DNA of 62,222 nt, counting the filler. It is 4 parts of 4 records of this genome, joined end to end, with 100 filler letters (N's around TTAATTAATTAA, not from the genome) between each part and the next. Parts side by side here need not be neighbours in the genome. Positions count along the whole stretch, not along the records: positions 1 to 9,737 come from SRR31156797_1730; 3 more parts are not named here. One strand, written 5' to 3'. Positions 1 to 9,837 of the stretch are shown here, one piece after another (positions within the stretch are counted from its first letter, which is position 1; each line of letters starts with the position of its first letter). The translations under genes and the position numbers were made by a program. The notes beneath the pieces are model-generated. The model saw nothing but the letters and a program-made list of their open reading frames with translations, did no database searches and had not been told where the DNA came from.

Positions 1-1774
1 AATATCCACTTCCAAAGTCATCAATAGCTATTAAACATCCATGGGCTTTAACCATTTTTATAAAGTTTTCCACAATTTTAAAGTTAGATATATGTTCACT
101 CTCTAGTAGCTCAAAAGTGACATAATGGGCAAATTTTTTATGTTTCATCAAAAAGAAATTTATATAATTGATAGTATTTTGATCCTCTATATCTTCAAAA
201 GAGATATTAATAGAAACTCCTATATTTTTGTTTTGAACAAATTCCATAGATTTTTTTAATACAGTTTTTGTAATAGATTGATACGTACTTGAACCTTTGG
301 TAATATCCAAAAAGAAATAAGGACTTAATGCCTTATCTCCATCAATTAAACGTACAAGTGATTCATATTTGATAGGTTGTTTTGAATTTAAACATACAAT
401 GGGTTGAAAAAATGGACGGATATGATCCTCTTTTAATGCCTTATTTACCTTTTGAAGCATCTCTATATTTTGTTTTGCACTTTGTGAATCATCCATACTT
501 GCATTATAAATATTGATAACATCATTATTGCTTCTATTGTTGCTAATTGCTAATTCAGCTGTTTTAATAAATGGTTTGGTATCTGTAATACCTAGATAGA
601 TATTCACTGGTAAAGAAAACTCTTTATATATAATATCAAGGTTTTGAACAGCTTCATGTATCTCTAAAGCTATAGCTATATTATCTTGATTTTGTAAAGT
701 ACTGATGATAAATTTATCAGCTCCTACTCTATACACTTCACCAAAAGAGCTTAAAACTTTAGAGAGTTGTTGTAAGATATAATCTCCTCCATCATAGCCT
801 ATCATAGAGTTTATTTTACTAAACTGTTTGATATCTATAAGTATTGCTTTTATGATATTGTCTTTTTTCTCATCCTCATTAAAAGCAGCTCGAGAGAGGG
901 TATCTGTGAGTTTATCATATCTAAGGTTTTTTTCATTCTCTTTTGTTAAAGCTAAAATATTTTCATGATCTTTTTTTGATTTGATTGTATAGTAGATAAA
1001 AAGTATACTTGAGAGAACAAATACTAAAATAAAGATCCAGAATTGTTGTTGTAATTGATTTTGTACCTCTTTACTCTCTTGGACAATAGAGCTTTTAAAA
1101 TCTTCTACATGGGTAAAAATAGAGGAGTTTTCTATTTTTACAAAAATGTTTTTAAAAGAAGGGATCTCTTTTGATAAAAGTTGAATGTGCGAGATAGTTA
1201 ACGTATATGGAAGATCTTTTGAAGAATAGTTTTGAAAGAATTTCATAGATTCTTCATCTAATATACTATTATTACTAAAATCATACTTTTGATTGATAAA
1301 AAAGGTTAAACTGTATAAAAGTTTTTTTTGAAACCCTTTTTCATAGTTTTCTAAATAATTTAATTGATCTTCTAGATATAAAATAGAGTTGCTTACTTTA
1401 GCATTGTATCGCATAAATTGATAGATATCCTCTTCTGTGTTTTTAAAACTCTTTTTATATTCTTGGATAAACTGAAAGCTTTTTTTATAGTTTTTGAATT
1501 TTTCTTTTTGTTGATTGAGAGTGTAAATATATCTATTGATATTTTTTACTTCATTTATTATAAGATCATTATTAAAACGGATGTGGATCATAGATTTTTT
1601 TAGAGTACTTTTAAGATGATTGCTCATAAGGTCTAGCTCATATCCTTGTTGTGTTAGATCAACATAGTTTTTGTCAAATTGGTCTAGTTTTTGTTTGTAA
1701 TGGAGACTAAAATAGATCACACCTAAAAAAAATATGATATTTAGAAAGATTTTTGTATCTAGATATTTAGTCAT
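1..1774 (-). CDS. Membrane sensor with degenerate GGDEF and EAL (c-di-GMP phosphodiesterase); 3' end truncated by the window edge
   Basis: Absent from the ORF track. Hand translation from ATG at 1774 gives MTKYLDTKIFLNIIFFLGVIYF (TM), a helical periplasmic region, a second TM, YRVGADKF (degenerate GGDEF), KYESLVRL and IAIDDFGSGY at the window edge. Confidence 0.88.
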   Translation of the reverse strand, partial: MTKYLDTKIFLNIIFFLGVIYFSLHYKQKLDQFDKNYVDLTQQGYELDLMSNHLKSTLKKSMIHIRFNNDLIINEVKNINRYIYTLNQQKEKFKNYKKSFQFIQEYKKSFKNTEEDIYQFMRYNAKVSNSILYLEDQLNYLENYEKGFQKKLLYSLTFFINQKYDFSNNSILDEESMKFFQNYSSKDLPYTLTISHIQLLSKEIPSFKNIFVKIENSSIFTHVEDFKSSIVQESKEVQNQLQQQFWIFILVFVLSSILFIYYTIKSKKDHENILALTKENEKNLRYDKLTDTLSRAAFNEDEKKDNIIKAILIDIKQFSKINSMIGYDGGDYILQQLSKVLSSFGEVYRVGADKFIISTLQNQDNIAIALEIHEAVQNLDIIYKEFSLPVNIYLGITDTKPFIKTAELAISNNRSNNDVINIYNASMDDSQSAKQNIEMLQKVNKALKEDHIRPFFQPIVCLNSKQPIKYESLVRLIDGDKALSPYFFLDITKGSSTYQSITKTVLKKSMEFVQNKNIGVSINISFEDIEDQNTINYINFFLMKHKKFAHYVTFELLESEHISNFKIVENFIKMVKAHGCLIAIDDFGSGY

Positions 1775-1775
1775 A

Positions 1776-2711
1776 TTACTTAGTACCTTTTAATCTTTTT
1801 ATATATGATATAGGAAGTTCTCCAGTCAGTGTTTGCAAAAAACTCTCGATACTTTCTATTTCACTTTGTTCAATTACTCTTCCAAGGTTATATAAAGCCA
1901 TAACTTTAATAGCTTCTTGTAAACTAGTGACTTGACCTGTATGAAAATAGGGTGCTGTTTTTGCAACATTTCGAAGACTTGGTACTTTGTAAACGCCTAT
2001 ATCTCTTTGATTTTGTGTATAGGTATATCTATCATCTTTTTTTACTTCATAAAAAGGGTAATCCAATACTGTCCCAAACTTTTGAAATGAGTTACTTCCT
2101 AAGTTAATTCCATTGTGACATGCTACACAACCATATTGATTAAATAGTTCAAACCCTTTTTGTTCTTCTTGGCTTAGAGATAGTTCCCCTTTTAAATATT
2201 TATCAAACTTACTATTTGGAGTGATAAGAGTTTTTTCAAACTCTGCAATTGCTTCTAAGACAAGTTCGAAGCTTGGTTTTTGCTGATATGCCTCTTTAAA
2301 AAGTATTTTATATTTTTCTATACTATTAAGCCTTTTTTCAACAGTGGATTTATCCATCTGCATCTCATGTTTCATACTAATAGGTCCAACCATTTGTTCC
2401 TCTAGCGAAATAGCACGACCATTCCAAAAATATGCCACATGATATTGTATGTTAAATAAAGATGGGGAGTTGATAAACCCTTTTTGTCCATTTGTACCAA
2501 AACTTACTTGCTTTGTATCTGCACCATACTCAAAATGACAACTAAAACATGAGACATCTTTATTTTTAGAAAGAATTGTATCAAAAAAAAGCTCTTCTCC
2601 TAAGTTTGCTTTTTGAGTATCTATGTTTTCTATCTTTTGAGGAAGAGGGGTAAAGAGCTCATTTGAATAACAATTCAAAGTAAAAAGAATGAAAACTATG
2701 ACTTTAAACAT
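1776..2711 (-). CDS. Di-haem cytochrome c peroxidase family protein (bCcP/MauG superfamily)
   Basis: Signal peptide, two CXXCH motifs (CFSCH, CVACH), FWNGRA, and KVPSLRNVAKTAPYFH. Confidence 0.92.
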   Translation of the reverse strand: MFKVIVFILFTLNCYSNELFTPLPQKIENIDTQKANLGEELFFDTILSKNKDVSCFSCHFEYGADTKQVSFGTNGQKGFINSPSLFNIQYHVAYFWNGRAISLEEQMVGPISMKHEMQMDKSTVEKRLNSIEKYKILFKEAYQQKPSFELVLEAIAEFEKTLITPNSKFDKYLKGELSLSQEEQKGFELFNQYGCVACHNGINLGSNSFQKFGTVLDYPFYEVKKDDRYTYTQNQRDIGVYKVPSLRNVAKTAPYFHTGQVTSLQEAIKVMALYNLGRVIEQSEIESIESFLQTLTGELPISYIKRLKGTK

Positions 2712-2722
2712 TAAAAAAGATC

Positions 2723-3085
2723 CTATTCCTCTAAATATTGCAATAGAAGTTCTATATCAACTGGTTTTGTAAGAATATGTTTAATACCAATTTCATGAGC
2801 GATCTTTAAATAATGACTTTCAGAATGGGCTGTACAAATAATGATCTTTTGATCTTTATTGATTTTTAGTATCTCTTTTGACATATTTAAACCATTCATA
2901 TGAGGCATGGTAAGATCAGTGATCACAATATCAGGATGGAAACTTTTATATTTCTCTAATCCCTCTTCTCCATTGTATGCAACTTGGATCTCTTTAGCAA
3001 AATCTTCAAAATAATCTTGCATGATCTCTAAAACATCTAGATCATCCTCTACGATTAAAAGTTTGTTGATTTTCTTCACCATCAC
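2723..3085 (-). CDS. Single-domain response regulator (REC)
   Basis: LLIVEDD, ITDLTMPHMNG, CTAH and TKP receiver motifs; no output domain. Confidence 0.92.
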   Translation of the reverse strand: MMVKKINKLLIVEDDLDVLEIMQDYFEDFAKEIQVAYNGEEGLEKYKSFHPDIVITDLTMPHMNGLNMSKEILKINKDQKIIICTAHSESHYLKIAHEIGIKHILTKPVDIELLLQYLEE

Positions 3086-3110
3086 ATAACCTTCTTTATT
3101 TTTACTTAAT

Positions 3111-3119
3111 ATTGTATCA
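3111..3119 (-). promoter_or_regulatory. Putative extended -10 sigma70 promoter (TGATACAAT) for the REC-CcP-EAL module
   Basis: TGnTAYAAT-type element about 26 nt upstream of the REC start, followed by an AAGG RBS. Confidence 0.5.
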
Positions 3120-3132
3120 AAAAAATTGAAAT

Positions 3133-5052
3133 TTATGAACCTAATTGTATCTTTACTTGATTTCTTCCATTATTTTTACAATAGTAAAGAGCTTGATCAG
3201 CACGCTGGAGCATATCTTCTTCATCCTCTTTATTATAATACTGTGTTACACCAAAACTTGCAGTGATATCACCAACAGTTTTAAAGTTGTTTTTCTCAAT
3301 TTGAAATCGTAAGTTTTCAGCTATTTTAATCGCTCCTTTATGACCAGTGTTTTTACAAATGATCAAAAACTCTTCACCACCCCATCTTCCAATAAGATCT
3401 GTTTTTCTAATATTTGATACTAATATATCTGCTACACTTATTAATACTTCATCTCCTACTAAGTGTCCATAGGTATCATTGATAGATTTAAATTTATCAA
3501 TATCGAGTAAAATAATACTTAAATCTGTATCATAACGTTTATTTCTCTCTATCTCTTCAAGAAGTACTTCATCAAGTTTCACTCTATTATAAACTTTTGT
3601 AAGCCTATCTGTTTGGGATATTTTTTCAATAAGCTTTTTATCTGTAATATCTTGTCTTATAGCGGTATAGCCCACTTTTTTCTTATTAAGGAAGAGGGGA
3701 CTTATAGTAGCATCTACCCAATAGGCTTCACCATTTTTCTTTTGATTTTTAAGCTCCCCTTTCCATATTTTATTGTCTCTTATGGTTTCCCACATCTTTT
3801 CATATTTTTTTATCGATTCACTTGGATGTCTTATAACACTATGGTCTTGTCCAAGTAGTTCCTCTTTTGTATATCCGCTTACATCACAAAAAGCTTTTGA
3901 AGCGTAGGTGATATTCCCATCAAGATCTGTTGAAGAGGAGATGATATTTCTATCGATGATCTTAATATAATCTTCCATCTCTTTTTTTGATCTATTAAGT
4001 TGTTCTGTTTTTTTATGCACCTCATGGAAAAGTTTATTTTTTTCATGGATAATTCTATAAAGGAGCATTAAGATCAAACCAAGAACAATACTTGAACTTA
4101 ATAAAGCTTTAATAAAAATCTCTTTTTGAATATGGATATAAGATGCATCACTTCGAAGAACAAATAAACCAACAACATGATTAGAAATAGGATTGGTGAT
4201 CTTTAAAAAGGTCATTATCGCATCACTTTGTTTATCATAAAGAGAAAAAGAGTTTTTATCATATCTTGTTTGATGGATAATATCTTTTGTTTTTTGGGAA
4301 ATTGAAAGATTGAATTTATCTTTATTATATTGTTCAAGTGCTTTTTCAATCTGTTTTTCATAATAAAAATCTTCAAATAACGAAAGTGCATAATTACTTT
4401 TTTCACTACTAAATACTTTTGTATCTACCATCTCTTTTGAGATAAGAAACTTTCCTACCACATCATAGTTTGCCATCATCTCTATATTCATAGATAAAGT
4501 ACTAAAAGATATTTCAACACTTCCTATATGGTTCTCTTTATAAAATAAAGGGGAAACAAATCTATATCCATTGTAGATCTTTCCCTCCTCAAAGCCGTCA
4601 ATTGGTTTTTTATTTTGATTAACATATTGAACTGTTGCTCTTATACTTGTAAGATTATCCCCAAACTTGTTTGGTTTATGAAAACGTAAAAAACTCTCAT
4701 TATCAGGTAAGTGAAAATGGAGTTGTCTTATATTATAAAGTTTTAAAATATTATATGTATCTTTTAAAGAGCTTAATAGTTCAGCACGTATTTTTGCTTT
4801 TTCATCTTCTGTTGCATTATAAGCTTTTGCAAAAACACTTTTGATCTCATCTGTATCTATTTTTGTCTCAAATACAATTCTTGCTAATGCTTTATATTTT
4901 GCATAAAGAACATTATAGCTTTTGAGATATTGTTGCGTTTTTGTTTCTAAGTGTTCATTAATATTTTTATTTTTATCTTGTAATAGATATATATAGACTA
5001 ATGAGACTAATATAATGTAAGTACCTACTAGGAATTTTTTGCTAATAATCAT
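3133..5052 (-). CDS. Membrane Cache-like/PAS sensor diguanylate cyclase
   Basis: Two TMs around a periplasmic domain (LRFHKPNKFGD), a PAS-PAC domain, intact GGEEF with an RKTD I-site. Confidence 0.92.
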   Translation of the reverse strand: MIISKKFLVGTYIILVSLVYIYLLQDKNKNINEHLETKTQQYLKSYNVLYAKYKALARIVFETKIDTDEIKSVFAKAYNATEDEKAKIRAELLSSLKDTYNILKLYNIRQLHFHLPDNESFLRFHKPNKFGDNLTSIRATVQYVNQNKKPIDGFEEGKIYNGYRFVSPLFYKENHIGSVEISFSTLSMNIEMMANYDVVGKFLISKEMVDTKVFSSEKSNYALSLFEDFYYEKQIEKALEQYNKDKFNLSISQKTKDIIHQTRYDKNSFSLYDKQSDAIMTFLKITNPISNHVVGLFVLRSDASYIHIQKEIFIKALLSSSIVLGLILMLLYRIIHEKNKLFHEVHKKTEQLNRSKKEMEDYIKIIDRNIISSSTDLDGNITYASKAFCDVSGYTKEELLGQDHSVIRHPSESIKKYEKMWETIRDNKIWKGELKNQKKNGEAYWVDATISPLFLNKKKVGYTAIRQDITDKKLIEKISQTDRLTKVYNRVKLDEVLLEEIERNKRYDTDLSIILLDIDKFKSINDTYGHLVGDEVLISVADILVSNIRKTDLIGRWGGEEFLIICKNTGHKGAIKIAENLRFQIEKNNFKTVGDITASFGVTQYYNKEDEEDMLQRADQALYYCKNNGRNQVKIQLGS

Positions 5053-5173
5053 TTATAATATCATGCCTTTAGTCTAAATTAAAATAAAATACAATTTTAT
5101 ATAATACCAAAAAATAATTAGGTATTTATTATTATTTTGCATAAGTTAAAATCTTAACTTTGTTTTAAAGAAA

Positions 5174-6949
5174 TCAAATCTTTATTTGAAATACAACTCC
5201 ATCATCTTCATTAAAACAAACAATAGAGCCTTTACAATGTTCAGTAATAATAATTTTTGACATATAAAGACCTAAACCTGTTCCATTTTTTGCCTGTTTC
5301 GTAGAAAAATATGGATCAAATATTTTTTCAAGAATAGCTTCAGGGATTCCTCCCGCATTATCTTTTATAGTAATAGTGCATAAACTATTATTTTCACTAC
5401 TACATTGTGACTCTATCCATATTTTTGGATTTTTAATATCATTTTCTACAATCGCATCTAAACTATTTTTTAAAATATTTAAGAGTACTTGTTTGATCTC
5501 ATTTTTATAAAGCTCTTTATCTCTTCCACATAAATTATCTCTGATAAGTGCTATACCATGGCTTTCTAATGTAGGCTCAATCATAGTGATCGTCTCTTTA
5601 ATTATCTCTCCTGCATTGGTTACCATCTTCCCTTTATCTGGTTTGAAAAAATCTCTAAAATCATCTATGGTATCTGATAAATAGTGGATATTTTTTAAAA
5701 TATTTTCACATTTTGTATGAAGAGTATCTATCTCTATTTTCTTATGAAGTGATATTTTTTGTTGAATGGAGACAACTTGTAAAGAGATGATATTTAAAGG
5801 CTGTCTCCATTGATGAGCGATCATTGAGAGCATCTCTCCCATCTGTATCAATCTATTTTGTTGTATTATTTGAAGCTCTTGTTTTTTAAGATTTTTTTCA
5901 TATTCAACTTTTTTTGTAATATCTTCAAAGATCCCAATTACTCCTATGATCTCATTATCTTTATAAAAAGGAACCTTTGAGATATTGATGATTTTTTTAG
6001 TTTGATCACTTGTTGTGATCTCTTCTTGCATATCTAAAAGAGGTTCTTTAGAATACACTACCTCTTTATCATATCGAATGATCCTTTTTGTTTCCTCTTT
6101 TGTCCACGGGAGATTAAAATCAGTTTTATCAATAAGCTCTTTAGTAGATTGTAATCCTACATCTTCTAAAAATAACTTATTTGCCCCTTTATATTCTCCG
6201 TAAATATTCTTCCAAAAAACTCTAATAGGAATAGAGTTTATTATATTTTCTAAAATATTTTTTGATAGCTTTAGGTTTTCTGTAAAATAATGCAATCTTT
6301 TAAATGTTTTTGCAACTAAGATGATGAGTACTACAAAGATAAGAAGATTGAAAAAACGGTTATTTTGATCAAAAGCTGCTATTTGTTCATTTATGATTTT
6401 AGAGTTTATAAGATTTATTTGTTTTAATTCATTGATAGTGATCTGCTGATCATCTCTTAGTTTCTCTATCTTTTCAATAAGCTCTTTTACAATAGCTTCA
6501 AACTCTTTAATATCACTATTTTGTCTAGTATCATTATATCTTTCAAATAAAGGCTTATCTTGTTTGTAGGTTATATCAAAAAAATCTGATTCTATGATCG
6601 TAGAGATCTGTTCTAAAAGAGTTTCCATCTCCTGATGGTTCTTTTGAAAGTTTTTTGAAAACTGTATCTCTTTGTTTTGATAAAGTTTAAAGATACTTCT
6701 TTGATATAGCCTAAATGACTCTTTCCATCTTGGGATAGCATGATCAAAATTAAAAGTGGTAAGAAGTTTTTCTGTTTGAAGTTGTACTTGATAGGAGCTT
6801 ACTAAAGCTTGGGTAATATCATCTTTTTTCTGTTGATTCTTTTCAAGAAGAGTAACAGTATAGATATTGGTAACCACAAGCAATACAAATAACCCTAAAA
6901 TACTTATAAAGCTAAGAAGTATGTATCTGTTTATTGCTTTATGATTCAT
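5174..6949 (-). CDS. PAS-domain sensor histidine kinase
   Basis: Two TMs, PAS, H-box [10 protein letters not shown], and N/G1/F/G2 boxes (NILKNS, DNAGGI, FDPYF, GTGLGL). Confidence 0.93.
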   Translation of the reverse strand: MNHKAINRYILLSFISILGLFVLLVVTNIYTVTLLEKNQQKKDDITQALVSSYQVQLQTEKLLTTFNFDHAIPRWKESFRLYQRSIFKLYQNKEIQFSKNFQKNHQEMETLLEQISTIIESDFFDITYKQDKPLFERYNDTRQNSDIKEFEAIVKELIEKIEKLRDDQQITINELKQINLINSKIINEQIAAFDQNNRFFNLLIFVVLIILVAKTFKRLHYFTENLKLSKNILENIINSIPIRVFWKNIYGEYKGANKLFLEDVGLQSTKELIDKTDFNLPWTKEETKRIIRYDKEVVYSKEPLLDMQEEITTSDQTKKIINISKVPFYKDNEIIGVIGIFEDITKKVEYEKNLKKQELQIIQQNRLIQMGEMLSMIAHQWRQPLNIISLQVVSIQQKISLHKKIEIDTLHTKCENILKNIHYLSDTIDDFRDFFKPDKGKMVTNAGEIIKETITMIEPTLESHGIALIRDNLCGRDKELYKNEIKQVLLNILKNSLDAIVENDIKNPKIWIESQCSSENNSLCTITIKDNAGGIPEAILEKIFDPYFSTKQAKNGTGLGLYMSKIIITEHCKGSIVCFNEDDGVVFQIKI

Positions 6950-6953
6950 ATAA

Positions 6954-8339
6954 TCAATTCACACAACTAATTATCGCTTTCTCAACACGATTCCGTCCAT
7001 TATTTTTTGCTATATAAAGTGCTTTATCTACTTTTTCAAATAGAGTGAGTGTGTTTTCATATTCATTCAACTCCCCAACTCCAAAACTTGCAGTAAGGGA
7101 TTCTATACTATCAAAACGATGTTCTTTTATGAGCTTTCTTAACTTTTGAGCAAACATATATGCACCATCAATAATAGTATTTGGAAGAAGTATCACAAAC
7201 TCTTCACCACCCCATCTTGCAAAGATGTCACTTGTTTTAAGATTGGAAGAGATAAGAGTAGATATTTCACTTAAAACACTATCACCTGCTTGATGTCCAT
7301 AAGTATCATTGATGTTCTTAAAAAAATCAATATCAAAAATGATCAAACTAAGGGGAATGTTTTTTAATTTTGCATTTTCAATTTGTGTATGAAAAAGCTC
7401 TTCAAACTTATCTCTATTATATATTCCTGTAAGTTTGTCTTTGGTAGCTTGTTCTTCTAATGAATTTGTTACAGTATGCAGTTCGTCCACTTTACTTTTC
7501 ATAATAGTATTGATCTTTTTTAACTGCTCTTTCGTCTCTTCAAGCTCTGTAATATCATGTCTTACAGCAATATATTCAATCACATCTCCATCAACATCTA
7601 AAATAGGGATAATAGTAGTATCTACAATATATTGAAGACCATTTTTCTTCATATTTTTTACTACACCATTCCATGGTTTTTTTGCTTTGATCGTATCCCA
7701 TAGATTTTTAAAGGCAACTTTAGGCATATCTGGATGCCTAATAATATTATGAGGTTTTCCTAAAAGTTCCCCTCTATCATATCCTGATATCTCACAAAAT
7801 TTTTCATTTACATAAGTGATAATACCTTTAGGATTGGTTTTTGAAACAATATTGCTTAGATCAACTGCTTTTTTATACTCACTTAAAAGATTTGATTGTT
7901 CATTGATAAAACCATCGGGGTTGTTTTGTAATTGTGTATAGTTTTCAATCAGTTCTTGTGAAAGTTTAATGGTAAAAGTTTCAATCTCTTGTTGAAAAGA
8001 GTATGCAAGATACCCCTCTATGAAAAGTGTATGTTCAATCGAGCTTTTTAGTTTTAAAATCAATACAAAAAGATCAGTAGAGTTGATATTGTACTTATTA
8101 AATGTTTTTAAAAGATCAACTCGTACTTGACACTGTTCAATATTTACATCATATTGTATAAAACTGATAAAACAATCACCAAATTCATAAAAAAGTGTAA
8201 GATTCTTATCTATAAGGGGAAAAGATGTTTTATTGAATATCTCTTTTACTTCATTGATTTGTAGCCATTCATCAATAATACTATTTCTATGTACCCTTAA
8301 AAAATAGGAAAACTCTTTTATATCTAATACTTTTAACAT
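6954..8339 (-). CDS. Cytoplasmic PAS-GGDEF diguanylate cyclase with an all-helical N-terminal domain
   Basis: PAS (NIIRHPDMP), coiled coil, intact ARWGGEEF; KTSD in place of an RxxD I-site. Confidence 0.9.
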   Translation of the reverse strand: MLKVLDIKEFSYFLRVHRNSIIDEWLQINEVKEIFNKTSFPLIDKNLTLFYEFGDCFISFIQYDVNIEQCQVRVDLLKTFNKYNINSTDLFVLILKLKSSIEHTLFIEGYLAYSFQQEIETFTIKLSQELIENYTQLQNNPDGFINEQSNLLSEYKKAVDLSNIVSKTNPKGIITYVNEKFCEISGYDRGELLGKPHNIIRHPDMPKVAFKNLWDTIKAKKPWNGVVKNMKKNGLQYIVDTTIIPILDVDGDVIEYIAVRHDITELEETKEQLKKINTIMKSKVDELHTVTNSLEEQATKDKLTGIYNRDKFEELFHTQIENAKLKNIPLSLIIFDIDFFKNINDTYGHQAGDSVLSEISTLISSNLKTSDIFARWGGEEFVILLPNTIIDGAYMFAQKLRKLIKEHRFDSIESLTASFGVGELNEYENTLTLFEKVDKALYIAKNNGRNRVEKAIISCVN

Positions 8340-8355
8340 GTAATATACCTTTTGT

Positions 8356-9603
8356 TTATGATTCTATTTTAATTCCACCTGTTTTTTTAGTTTTGATATC
8401 ACAAAGTGCCTCATCTGCAATATCGATCATCTCTTCAAAATTTTCTTTGAAAGAAACATTTGCTCCTACTGATATAGTAAGAGAATAGGTTTCATTGTTA
8501 TATTTAAATGGTTTTTGTGCAATAATATCTTGGATCTCTTGAAATACTTGATGGAGTTCTGCATAAGGTCTATTTTGTAAAAGAAGACAAAACTGATCAA
8601 CGCTAAATCTTGAAATAATAGAGTCCACATTGAAGTAATTTTCTAATATCTCTCCAAGGTATTTTATCGCCTCATCTGAAGCTTCATGTCCATAAGATTC
8701 TATAAATGTTTCAAAGTTATCAAACTCAATACATATAACAGCTAAAAGATCTTTTTTCTTTTTTGAACTCTCATAAAGATCTTTCCCTGTTTGTAAGAAA
8801 TAGTTTTTATTAAAAACCCCTGTAAGATAATCTTTTTTAGCTTTATCTTGTGTGGTTGCAAAAAGCTCTATCACTTCTAAGTTATTATTTACCCTTGCTA
8901 TAAACTCTTCATTAGAAAAGTCTTTATATAAAAAATCATTTGCTCCATATTTTAAAAAGTTTGCAACTACATCTTTTTCACTTGTTCCAGAAAGTGCAAT
9001 GATAGAGACTTCATCTTTTTTATGACTTTTTCGAACCTCAGTAGTGAGTTCAAGTCCATTGAGTTTTGGCATCATATAATCAACTAAGATCAGTTTTAGT
9101 TTTGAACGTTTTTTGATATTTTCTAAAGCTTCAACTGGATCATTATGGACAATTGTTTGAAGGTTATATCTTTTACATAACTCTTCCATCTTCATAGCAA
9201 ATGTTTTTGAATCATCTATGATCATCACTTCAATTTTCTCATTTAAGATAAAACGTCTAATAATTGATACAGTATAGTCAAGTGCATAACTACTATTTTT
9301 GATAATATAATCAATCAAATATCTATTTTGAAATATCTCATGATCTTTTTTTAAATCAGTCCCTGTTAATAAAATAGAAGAGATCTTAAACTTATTGATA
9401 AAAGTAACTATTTGTCCTTCCGTAGCATCAGGAAGATTGTAATCTAACAAGGCTAGATCAATTTTCCCTTTTTGTTCAAGTAGAATATTTGCACATTCTT
9501 TCATCGATGTAGCGGTGAGAACCTTTACTCCAAGCTCCCCCTCAATCTTCATCTTCATAGTTTTTAAAATAGTTTTACTATCATCTACAATAAGTATTTT
9601 CAT
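8356..9603 (-). CDS. REC-REC-degenerate GGDEF response regulator (CbrR-like architecture)
   Basis: Two receiver domains (VDD...LLDYNLPD and IDD...LVDYMMP) and a C-terminal GGDEF fold with SRFSVDQF. Confidence 0.85.
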   Translation of the reverse strand: MKILIVDDSKTILKTMKMKIEGELGVKVLTATSMKECANILLEQKGKIDLALLDYNLPDATEGQIVTFINKFKISSILLTGTDLKKDHEIFQNRYLIDYIIKNSSYALDYTVSIIRRFILNEKIEVMIIDDSKTFAMKMEELCKRYNLQTIVHNDPVEALENIKKRSKLKLILVDYMMPKLNGLELTTEVRKSHKKDEVSIIALSGTSEKDVVANFLKYGANDFLYKDFSNEEFIARVNNNLEVIELFATTQDKAKKDYLTGVFNKNYFLQTGKDLYESSKKKKDLLAVICIEFDNFETFIESYGHEASDEAIKYLGEILENYFNVDSIISRFSVDQFCLLLQNRPYAELHQVFQEIQDIIAQKPFKYNNETYSLTISVGANVSFKENFEEMIDIADEALCDIKTKKTGGIKIES

Positions 9604-9652
9604 CTGTATTCTTTATAATTCCTATATTATTCTTATATGTTCTGTAGAGTTT

Positions 9653-9737
9653 CTACTCCTTAGATCTCCACTCCCTATAAAGAGCTTCGTGCTCCTCAAT
9701 CTCTTCTCGTGAAGGTTTTCTTCTACATGAAAGATAC
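9653..9737 (-). CDS. C-terminal fragment of an unidentified gene cut by the contig end
   Basis: Open frame YLSCRRKPSREEIEEHEALYREWRSKE* running in from the gap. Confidence 0.45.
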
Positions 9738-9837
9738 NNNNNNNNNNNNNNNNNNNNNNNNNNNNNNNNNNNNNNNNNNNNTTAATTAATTAANNNNNNN
9801 NNNNNNNNNNNNNNNNNNNNNNNNNNNNNNNNNNNNN
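9738..9837. other. Artificial contig linker (N run + TTAATTAATTAA + N run)
   Basis: 100-nt spacer with stops in all six frames; gene content changes across it. Confidence 0.98.

Noticed and set aside
1418..1603. 61-aa plus-strand ORF, and the many other short ORFs that overlap long genes
   Set aside because: They are antisense or out-of-frame shadows of well-supported genes; this one lies opposite the GGDEF/EAL gene at 1-1774.
9782..9793. TTAATTAATTAA recurring three times as a biological repeat or att site
   Set aside because: Always centred in identical 100-nt N runs; it is a synthetic six-frame-stop linker.
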